Assembly (NCBI GenBank): GCA_009602725.1
Contig: WELB01000024.1
Location: 942,821-1,006,820 of the forward strand
From: Spirogloea muscicola
Lineage: Eukaryota
Direction of reading: 5' to 3'
DNA length: 64,000 nucleotides
In this document: in pieces, positions 53,606 to 64,000 of the stretch
Position numbering within the stretch: position 1 is the stretch's first letter
Layout: every line of letters starts with the position of its first letter
The notes under the pieces: model-generated
What the model was told of the DNA's origin: nothing
Seen by the model: the letters and a program-made list of their open reading frames with translations, nothing else
Database searches by the model: none
Translations under genes and position numbers: made by a program

Positions 53606-54651
53606 ATGGGCTCGGGGGCCTCTGCCTAATTTGCTGCGTCTGCCTCCTCTGCTTGCTTCGTCCTGCTACCATCCTGCCTCACGCTAGGCCTGCCAGTGCG
53701 CTCCGGCGGAGTCCCATTCTCGTCACACGCCAAGCTTAATGTCAGGCATATTACCGACTTGTCAAAGGCTCGTGGGGTGAGAGTGTCTACCTGAGCAAGC
53801 CCGGTGGCCACTTTTACGGACGGAGTACCACATAAAACTATCACAATGTAATGCGGTCTGTGATTCATGATCGATTGAGGCCCTTACTATCTGCAGAAGG
53901 AGAGTGCAACTTTAGCTGCACGTAAATGCATTGGACGTCTCATCACCCAGATATTTCAATATGATGACGAGCATGGGCCGAAGGCAATGTTTCAGCTGAA
54001 GTGTTCATTGCAGGTTATTGGCAGGAAGTTTTTGTCGCTAATAGAAGGCGTCTGTCAGTTACTGGGTTGTTGATGCAGAGCTTTCTAGATGTCAGCTAGC
54101 TCATGTCTCATGCTTATGATCACCGTGTTTGTACTAGGAAGTTTAAATGCAATGGTGCTCTAGTGTTCCAGTGCTTTCAACTTAGTTTACTGAGCGTTCC
54201 CTGGCTGATGTCTTAGTCCTAGTCGTTCGCACTCCGGCTCCTTCAGACCTTGTCCATTCCTTTGGGCTGGCCTTTCCCAGCGACCAGTCGATCTGGCCGC
54301 GCTTCTCTTTCAACTCTGACCAGACATTTGCGTTGTCTTCCTGCTATGGCTCTCAAGGACTGATAGACCGGTCTGCTTGTTGGAAGCACCTGAACTTAGA
54401 TACAATATCTTGGCCCATGCACGTGCAATAGCCAAGATGGACGGTTTTTGCTGTATGCATGTGAAGACTTACATGCCACTATGTGTGTAAGTACCTTCCT
54501 TACTTGCAGTGACATGGGATGTCCTCTTGAAGGAATGGCAAGCCAGAGCTGGCAGAGCCCGGAGGATTCATGGCAGAAAGCTTGCCTGTGCGCTTTGGTC
54601 TTCCGTGTCGCCGCGGCTGCCGATGCTCCGTGCCGAGGCACACCATGGCAA

Positions 54652-54790
54652 AAGAGAGAAGGCGCGCGGTGCGCATATTGTGAAAGCGAATCCAATTCAA
54701 GCCAATACATTGTTCAGGCAAAACATGCAGAAAGTGCAAAAAATGCATTGCAAAGAATGTGGCTACCTAAAATGAAGACCTGTACTAAAG
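54652..54790 (-). mobile_element. Retroelement 3'-terminal module
   Basis: Matches the reverse complement of 6825-6960 over ~130 bp. Confidence 0.8.
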
Positions 54791-55179
54791 CTGCAAAAGC
54801 GGTCAGTTCCTAGAGTGCCAGCTGCGGTTGTAATCGCGCACTCCGAGCCCACGTCGGTGCCGGCACGCCGGTCCAGTTATGCGCGCTGGCCATCGCGCGC
54901 GTGCAAGCCTGGCGGCACCGAAGGGGCGGCGGACACGCGGGACGGCCCGCCAGGTGCGGTGCAGGTGGCTGGTGGGTGAGGCGGCGCGGGTCCCCCTCCA
55001 CACGAGCGGCAACACGGCGGGAGGGGTCGAAAGCTTCGTCCATTCTCTCCGCCATCATGAGCGCCGCCTTTTGCGACGACAGGTCGCGGTGATGGTCGAT
55101 GGGAGCCGCGAGCCGCTGCCGCCGCCGCCTGGGAGTGGCCCCGCCAAAGCCGGACGCGGTCCGCCGGATGGGGTTGCCT

Positions 55180-56370
55180 TTGCTTCTTCGTGCCTGAACA
55201 AACGTGCTTGACGTTATTTGGCCATCCTTCTATTCATTTGCACCGCAAAGGGAGCCAAATGACGGAGGGGCCTAAAGCCACAATGACGGAGGGGGCCTGA
55301 AGATGCTATGTCAGAACGGTGGGAGGATGGACCACTCATGAGAGAGGAGGCGCGCGGTGTGCATGTTATGGAAAGGTGGCTAACTCAATATATTTAGTTC
55401 AGGCAAGGTCTTTTGGTAGCGGAAAATGGGGCTGCATGGAACGAGGCCCTATGCTACAGTCGCTAAGGTAACAGTGTGACGTTAATACCCACGGGTGAGT
55501 AATTACAAGTCCAACAAGCTAATTTGCGGAGCAGGAGCGCCACCGTGGAAGCCGGTGGCCTGACTTAAAGCGTGCCAGCACGCTAATAAAAACCAGAGCT
55601 TGCGTACGCTGCAATCTAAGGCAAGAGCCGCACTCTGTATCTTGCAACTAATGCCTGCGGAACGCTAGTACTGCCCCCCGAGTGCAGATGAAAGAATGAA
55701 TGCATGAATTGAAGGGTGGACAAATCAACCCAACCCAACGCATTGTTCAGGCAAAACGTAGTGCAAGATGGAGGAAGTGCTCGCCCACAAAAGGTAGAGG
55801 CTGGGAAAGGCCAGCCCAAAAAGAGTGGACAAGGTCCAAAGAGACTTGGGCTTTGCGAAACGAAGCCAATGGGAGAGTCAGCTCATCCAAAGAAAATATA
55901 TCGTGTATTTGTAACAAACAAAGGCCAAGCGGCCGAGTACAAAGGCAAGCACATCTAAAGACGTACATCACCTACAGCAGATTGAACAGCTGCAAAGGGG
56001 GCAAGGGGTGTGAGAAGCTAGTCCGAGAAGAGTTGACCAGGTCTGAAGAAAGTGCTCGCCCATTGAGGGTAGGGGCTGGGCTAAGCCCAAAGAAGAATGA
56101 ACAGAGTACGAGAAGGGGGCCAGGGGAAGCGCTAAGGAAACAAGCACACAAAGAAACAAAGCAGCTACGAATCACTCAGTAACCCCTGCTAAGCAGCCGC
56201 AGATCAGAGATGCTAGGCTCCTGGAAGTGGGTCCCCTGGCCAGAGCCAGAGGCAGCAGCGAGGGCTCTGCCGGCACGAAGGTGCAGCGCGCTGGCCATAG
56301 AAGAAAGTGCTCGCCCATTGAGAATAGGGGCTGGAAAAGCCAGCCCAAAAAAGAATCAACAAAGGACGAG
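55180..56370. mobile_element. Stack of CRE-like 3'-end relics upstream of the Ca2+-ATPase
   Basis: Terminal modules at 55190-55247(+), 55340-55500(-) and 55700-55770(-); 3'UTR at 55900-55990; 56047-56274 nearly identical to 7045-7264; hairpin module at 56300-56365. Confidence 0.75.
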
Positions 56371-57112
56371 ATAGACCTCTGCAGTGAGACGGCCAGGCGC
56401 ATACGATACACTTGCGCCAGCGACCCGGCTGCAGGAAAGTCTACCGGCTCCCCATGGAAGCGACGGGCGATGGTGTGGCGGGCGAGCTCTGAAGGGGGCC
56501 GAGAAGGCCCCCTTCACAAACCACAAGCAAGCAAGTACCATGGCGGGAGGAGAGGTTGCCACCGGTCCATGCCGCGCCGTCGATGCGGCGGGGGGTGGTG
56601 CCCGGGGAGGAGGACGAATGAGGTTCCACCTGGTGCGGGTGCCACCTGGCTGGCGTGGCAGCCGCACTCGCCCCGGGCGCGCCCCGCCTTCGCGGAAGCC
56701 GCGCCGGGGCCTCTCACCCCACCGCCCCAGGACACGCGTCGACCCACACCCCCCCGCCAGTCACTTGGCGCCCCAGGCCCTCCATCGCCGCGAGCGGCCC
56801 CCTTCGCCCCCCCGCCGCCGCCGCCGCGCCTCGGGCAGCGCGGCAGCNGCCCCGCCGTGCCACCTTCGCGGCCGCTGAGGCCGGCTCCTCCACCGCGGCT
56901 GGCACTGGTTGTTCTCCTCGCTGCCTGCGGCTGCTCCTTGGCGTGCCCGGCTTCTATCCGGCGCCGGCGCCGGCGCGCCAGCGCTCGCGCAGGCGCCCTG
57001 GCCTGGGAGAGGGCGCCCCGTCCCTGTAATTAGGGTTGCTGACGCGGGCAGAGGGCCCGGCAGGCGGCGACTCAAGCCGGCTTGACGAGGAGCGGGCCTT
57101 TGGCAGCCAGCC

Positions 57113-60100
57113 ATGGCTCACTCCTCCGACGGGGACAGCGTCTTTGATATCAGCGCCAAGAAGCCTGCAGCTGAATCCTTGATGCGCTGGAGGGTAATCC
57201 CAGCACCCCACGCTCTCTCTGGCGCACGCTCACGTCAGCGCACAGTGCTTTCTGCGATGCGAAGGGGCCTGAGGCCGTGAAAGTGCAAATGTGACTGGTT
57301 TCTCTACCCCTTAGACACCTGTTGACAATCGAGGTCGTCCTCGACCTCACCGCGCCCTTATGGTGTGATGTGATTCGCCGTTTCACTTGTGCAGCGGCAT
57401 AGTGATGGAAAGCTACGCGTTTGTCTTGTGAAGCATATTCGCATTGCTACTTGGTCTTTGAAAGCGCTCAGACTTACGGGCTAATCCTTTGTTGGCGTGG
57501 GTTTTTGGTCATCACGCAGCAAGCCACTCTTGCCTTGAATGCCACGAGGCGCTTTCGATACACAGCGAAGCTGCAAAAAGATGACGAAGGCAAGCCAGTG
57601 CGCGATTCCAGTCAGAAGCGCTTCAGACGATCTGCAAATGCTGCCCTGGTGAGCCTCGTTCGTCAGTTGGATGCCACTTAGAGTATGAGGTTGCTGCCTC
57701 TTTGTCAAACCCTGCCCCAGACAGCACTTCAAGAGCACCCTGAGGCCTCTGAGCCCTTGGTCGGCAGGGGGGCTTCGTCTTGTGGCACTTGTGCAAAGCC
57801 ATGCTTGATGCTAGAGTTGATACGGTTGATGAGATTCCATTTCATGATTGGCATATCCAGAAGCTCACCCAATCCAGCTGCGTGAACCAATAGGCCATAC
57901 AACGCTTCAGACAAGCAGGAGTTGCGGCTGGATCACGGCGAGGCTTGGCTGAGCCACAACCTCAACGCCCAATAACAGGTCAATGCTCTACGCAAGTGCC
58001 TGCCCTCCCGCAATCGGGACATGTATACACTTTAGGGCAAGCTGCAAATGCTACCGTGAGGGACGTCTTGTACCTCTTGTAAGGAGAGAGTTGGCCTGAG
58101 CTGTGTATGTCTTTGGTGTCACTGTGCAGCAAATGAAACGCCAGGCCTCTTTGACGTTACTCGGGAGCAACTAAGCAACATGCTCGAGGACGATGAAAGC
58201 TCTCATCAAAAGTTGGACGCTCTGGGGGGAGTAAGTGCTTAATTGCCTCTCAGCAATTTGTAGTTCTAGCTTGAAGCTCCTCTGAAGTCTACACACATTA
58301 ATTTGTAGCTAAGTCTATTGTGCTCTTCGTTGCAGGTGCCCAGTATTGTCAAGGCTGTGCAAACGGACACAGTGAGAGGTATCGGTGGAGATGCCGAGGA
58401 ACTTGCCAAGAGAAAGCTACAGTTTGGCGATAATACTTATCTGACGAAGCCACCCAAGTCATTCCTGGTCTGTCTCATAGTCCTGAGCATAGTCGGCTGC
58501 CTTTCCTGCTGTTGGCCTCAGAGTCCGTGTGCTCAAATACACTTCGGGGTGCGAGAAGCTTATAAGGGTGCATGAAGAAGCAAGGTTGTTGCAGCATGTA
58601 CAGTTTGTGATTTGCGTCCAGTGCTGCTAGTGTCTCCCTGGCGGACACTGGCAACCATCTATAAGATGGACAATAGATGCATTAAGATTGGAATTGACTT
58701 GCGAAGGAACTTACGAAGGAATTCAGTGAATCCTCCTTGGCCTTGAGCAGGCATTTGTTTGGGATGCAGCAAAGGATAAGACATTGATCATCTTAGCAAT
58801 TTGTGCAGTTGTTTCTCTTGCAGCCGGTCTTGCCACAGATGTAAGTACATCAAAGACTTTTGTACATCTTTGTTGATTTGGTGAAGAATGGCAATGTCTT
58901 ATTCTGTATACAAGTAGATACGCACAACATTCTCCACTTTAGCATGCACACCACAGAAGTGTGAGGTTGGTAAGCCCACCCAAAAGTCAATGTTTGCCTC
59001 TTCCGAAGCCACGGAGAGGTCCAGAGCACTATACAGTCGTCTTTCACTGCAGTGCCCCTCAGTTGGTGCATAGCTGTGAGAAAAGCTATGAAAGTATGTC
59101 TTGAAGGACAACATCATCTAGTCGATGCTTTTCTACTTAATCAGGAATTTGCTCAGCATGCCAGGCAGCTCTGCTGTGTGGCTGTAATTCACGATAGGAA
59201 CCAAGGATTAATTTTGTTTTGCTCATGAAGTCAGTGCCTGTTTTGTTTCCAGCCAAAGGAAGGGTGGTATGACGGCATCAGCATTGTTTTTGCTGTTGTG
59301 CTAGTCATTCTAGTGACAGGTATGTCAATTGGCCTCTCCTCAGGCAAGACGTGTTGTTTCTTCCAAGCCGCCTCTTTGGGCTTCTATGTACTGACCATTA
59401 TCATCCCACACAACGTGCTCAAGCGGGCTCAGCGCCCGTGCATGTCACTTGCATATAGCTTCTGGACGCTTCCAGGGTTCTGTCATTGGGGTAGTTTAAT
59501 GAATCGTTTAAATTGTACTGATTGCTGATTTGTTTTGATTACACTGATTGGTTGATGAAATATGTTGTTTGCTGGTTACAGCAACAAGTGACTATCGGCA
59601 GTCACTTCAGTTTCGAGATTTAGATGCTGAGAAGAAGAACATACAAGTACAGGTGAGCTTGGCATGTGTGGATTTGCAATCTCCTATGTGGACACAGACT
59701 TAGAAGGATAATCTGATGCACTTCGATCCACTTTTGCTTCTGTCTGACAGCGGCAAAGTTTTGCGAAGCACGCCTAAGCATGGGTTTTGCGGGTAAGACT
59801 AAAGCTGAACGGTACATTGGATCTTAGCAGGATCCATCGTACATTGCTTTGTACATAACGCCCCCTTCATCTGCTGTCATTGCAGGTCGTTCGAGATGGG
59901 AGGAGGATCAAGGTCTCCATATATGACCTTGTGGTGGGTGACGTGGTCCCTTTGGCCATAGGAGATCAGGTATGTCTATAAAAGAGTCTAATTCTGCGCA
60001 TCCTTACTACAGCCTCTCATGTCAGTAGGAGCATGACCTGCTTGATAGAAACTTGATGGTCAATACCTAGATAACTTGATTATGTACTGCATGCCTTCCC

Positions 60101-63100
60101 CTGAATCCTGCAGGTCCCAGGGGATGGCCTACTTCTTACTGGTCACTCCTTGACAATTGACGAGTCCAGCATGACTGGAGAGAGCGACTATGTAATCTCC
60201 AGGCTCACTTGTCACATGATGATAGGGTCTGTTGCTATTCGTAGAGCTATTCATGGTGAGTGTATTAACTCCAGCATTGCATGGATAAAGTAACGTAGTG
60301 GTAGAACCCTGAATTGTCTAAGTCCAGGCTTGCGGGCTTGGTCTGAAGGACTGCCTCTGTGAAATTTATCCGCAGAAACACAAGGACCACAACAAACCCT
60401 TCCTGCGGTCAGGATGCAAAGTTGTCGATGGTTATGGGTCAATGCTGGTGAGTGGGTTGACTTGGTCTGCTGGCCTTAATCTACTGTATCCTTGAGGATG
60501 AGACCTGTGCAAGCTGGTCGACCTGTACACTCCAGGTAATCCGAAGAGATGACAAAGGTCAGTGGTGTTTGTCAGAGCAGCCTTATATGTCACATTTGAC
60601 TCCTTGCATTTTCTTGTCAGATTACGAGCGTTGGTATGAGTACAGAGTGGGGACGTTTGATGGCCACCATCAGTGATGACAATGCTGAGGAAACACCCTT
60701 GCAGGTGACTCACACTCCACAGATGGCTAGCAGTCAAGGGCATAGCTTTCCCAGGGCATACTACTGTTCAGGATGTGCATTTTTGGCACACCTAAAAGCT
60801 CTTACCCTCTTCTTTTGATTCTGGTGTACCAGGTGCGGCTGAACGGGGTTGCAACACAAATTGGCAAATATGGACTGATTGTGGCAGTTTTGGTCTTTGT
60901 TATACTCTTTGTTCGATATTTTGCTGATTTCCATGGAGCAAAGGCAAAACAAAGTGCTTCGTCTACAATCAAGGATGTTGTTGACATCTTCACTGTTGCA
61001 GTAAGCATAAATCATACTGGCCTAGCCTAAGTTCTGTTGCCTATTGCCAGGCTTACTAGTGCTGGCATGAACGGCTGGCTTGACTTATACGTGTCTATAT
61101 CTCTATTATTCAAGGCCGTGACATCCGGAACTTGTTGAAAGAATACTTTGTGTTTGTGCCAGGTCACTATTGTGGTAGTTGCTGTCCCAGAAGGCTTGCC
61201 TCTTGCAGTAACGTTGACGTAAGTGTGACCAGCTAATGGAGGAGTGTCTGAGCAGGACGTTCACACTTGCAAGTTAACGTGCTGTAGTCTGCCTTCTTTT
61301 ATATTCTCACTTCTGGGGATATCAGACTTCCTTGCCCTAGCTTGCATGTCCGAAGTAAGGAATATGCTTCGCGCTGTCAAGCACTCACAGCTTCTTCATT
61401 CTCGCAGGTTGGCATATTCCATGCGCAAGATGATGGCAGACAAGGCACTGGTAAGGGAGGACCACCATTTCTGACGAGAGCCATGTGCGTATGAAGGAGA
61501 CATGCAAAAGTACCTGATTTGATAAGTACCTTCTAAAGATGTATTTGACTGGTCATAAATTCACAAATACAGGTGAGGAAATTGGCGGCCTGTGAGACGA
61601 TGGGCTCTGCAACAGCAATATGTAGTGACAAGACTGGCACACTGACTCTCAACGAGGTTAGTCCGAGCTCTGCAGCAGGGACAATTAGGAGGATATTGCT
61701 TGCTGCAAGCAGTCATTGAGCTGCTGATCTGTGGACTTATGTAGATTCACATATGTCCACTTTGTTTTGTTTATTGCCTCTGTTGTGCAGATGACTGTCA
61801 TCAAATCTTGGACATGCGGTTGCTTCAGGGAGCTGGAAGCTGTGAAGAACATACCGCAAACTATCTTGCAAGTCAGTATCGTACACGCTTATGCTTGATG
61901 GCCGCCTATTCTAAGTACGCCAGCAAGGTGCATTCAGTCTGCCAATATTTTTTGTTTGGTTGGCCCAATTCTTTGACAAAGCAACTAGCTATCTGACAAG
62001 CAAGACCATGGTCTGTGCTGGTCAGATTCTACTGCAAGGCATTGCTCAAAATACCAATGGGAGCGTCTTCAAACCAAAGGTTTGTTTGCACCTGCAATCT
62101 TAGTACGGCAAGAAGGAAGCTAATGTTAGTCAAATTGTTGTATTTCTTAGATGGTCACATTCAAGTGCAAAAGTGAGTCCAGTGAGTTCAATAAGTATCT
62201 CTTTCTCGCTGACTTTGCGAGAGTACTATATTATCTCAGTGTCCATTGCTTCTGTGATCAAATGATGAACAGGATGGTGGGGAGCCTGAAATTACAGCAA
62301 GTCCTACAGAGGCAGCAGTTTTAAAGTGGGGAGTCCAGGTATTACTCAGTTCTGTGCTTGCGTGACTTGTTATGTGTTGTATGCCATTCAAGCTTGCTGG
62401 CTGGCTTCATTCCACTACATGTCATATCTCCTGGAGCACAGTTGCAAGCATGAAGGGTTTTCTACTTTTCATGCCTCTGTATGTCCAACTTGCTTTAGTC
62501 ACTCATTGTGGAGTCCTGTATCTGAGTAAGAAGGCCAGTGTTGCCGCTTATACAGTAACCTGCAGGAGCATTACCAGCCAGCTATTACTCCCGGTCATTA
62601 AGGAGGCAGCCGGTGTTACTGCCTTTTCCTTGACCTGCATTTGTAACCTGCGTCTGTCTTGTAGCTTGGCATGGATTTTGAGGCTGAGCGAGCCCAAACA
62701 ACGCTTCTGGCGGTTGAGTCGTTCAATTCAGCAAAGAAGCGGGCTGGCGTTGCAGTTCGTGTGAGTTTTCGCAAGCCCCACCACTGCCTGTTGGCAGATT
62801 TTACTTTGGAAAGCCTTGCCTTGCTGAGGTTTTCCCTGCGCATGTGACATGCTTTGCAGTTGCCAAATGGAGAGGTTCGCTTGCACTGGAAAGGCGCAGC
62901 AGAAATCGTGCTTGACATGTGCTCTTCCTTTGTGGATCAATCTGGAGAAGTGCAACCCCTGACAGGAGACAAGGTGTGTCCGAGAGATAAATTGTGTAGT
63001 GACCAGAATGGGTGCATTCTTATTCGTGGTCAAGGCTACAGTATATAAAATCAACTTGCGGACTCTCTGACGAATGCTCAGTGATTTGATTCTGTGCACT

Positions 63101-64000
63101 AGATCTTACTTGTCAGAAATTGCAAGAAGCGTCTGAAGCAAAGTACTAACCAATACAGGATGTCTAAGGTGGGTAGCCCAATTGTTCTGAATGTTGCAGA
63201 TAGACCAATTGAAGGAAGACATTAGTACAATGGCTTCTGCTTGCTTGCGCTGCCTGGCATTGGCAACTCGGACGCTATCCAGGGAAGAGGCTCCCAAAGG
63301 CCAAGAAGACGATTTGACAAATTGGATCCTGCCAGACAGTGGCCTTACTCTACTTGCCATTGTTGGCATGAAGGTTGTCACTAGCTGTTGATTGCTGCTA
63401 GTGCTCATTGTAGATGTCATCCAATAAGTTTTGCACAATCAACATCAATGTTGGCATCATTAGATAGCAACCACCTCACTATCAAATGAGGAATTAATTT
63501 TGAAGAGAGATGTGCAGTCCCTTAGTAAATAGAATCTGGATACAGATGTGGACACTGCAGGCTAAAGAGCTCTACAATTTCATGTCTCACGTATTTGTGA
63601 AAGTGGACTTTCAGGATCCTACAAGGCCTGGGGTGCCAGAGGCTGTTGCTATCTGCCAACGTGCTGGTGTTAAGGTGAACAAACCTTACACTTTGTGCAT
63701 AGAAACCAGATTGAACAATTGGTTAGTGATGCTGTCAGAATTCTGAGCTGGTGGCTGTGACTTTGTTTCCTGCTCTTTTATAAGGACTCATCCATCTAAG
63801 CTTTGATATCTCTGTTGGTCATTGATACAGGTTAGAATGGTAACGGGCGATAATGTAGTCACCGCAAGAGCTATTGCGCAAGAATGTGGCATTCTGACTC
63901 CAAATGGAATTGCAATTGAAGGCCGAGTATTCCGGGCTCTGAGTCCACAGGAAATGAGGCGCGTCATTCCTACCATTGACGTAAGTCTAACTCATGCACG
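57113..64000 (+). CDS. ACA: Autoinhibited P2B-type Ca2+-transporting ATPase (ACA8/9/10-like), multi-exon, 3'-incomplete in this window
   Basis: [33 protein letters not shown] (calmodulin-binding N-terminus), [86 protein letters not shown]. Confidence 0.96.

Noticed and set aside
53960..54000. C/D-box snoRNA-like ATGATGA...CTGA
   Set aside because: Only ~40 nt between the boxes, and no guide complementarity was recognised.
54396..55211. GC-rich island with short ORFs (e.g. 54810..55058 minus), possibly a small gene
   Set aside because: No recognisable domain or coherent exon chain, and it is interrupted by retroelement modules.
56380..57030. GC-rich ORFs upstream of ACA
   Set aside because: Probably promoter, 5'UTR or intron sequence; stop-poor because of GC content and without recognisable homology.

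Overview
Eukaryotic, intron-rich, plant-lineage DNA, most likely from a streptophyte alga. The evidence is plant-type UPM1, CPSF30-YTH, THO1, LIG4 and ACA proteins, canonical eEF1A, GT-AG introns plus one GC-AG and one U12-type intron, and GC-rich (GCC)n gene 5' ends. It comes from a draft assembly with one 317-N gap. Host genes in order: an orphan VPS24 first exon joined in frame to UPM1 (+), LSM3 (-), CPSF30-L with YTH domain (-), THO1/HPR1 (+), MED9 (+), DNA ligase IV (-), a chorein-N/BLTP3-like lipid transfer protein (+), eEF1A (-), and a P2B Ca2+-ATPase (+, runs off the window). Positions 1-7.3 kb and 47.3-56.4 kb are transposon nests: a scrambled Ty3/gypsy relic folded into a 1.8-kb palindrome, and a degenerate CRE-like non-LTR retrotransposon (RT plus restriction-like endonuclease). 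The main unexpected pattern is that short 3'-end relics of several subfamilies of this CRE-like element occur in every gene-upstream region of the window. I found none in the convergent 3' intergenic regions. The relics are recognisable by the ORF terminus SDxxxL(T/S)RGY* and two conserved 3'UTR stem-loop modules. All protein identifications are from recalled family motifs, with no database search. Multi-exon genes are given as start-to-stop spans.
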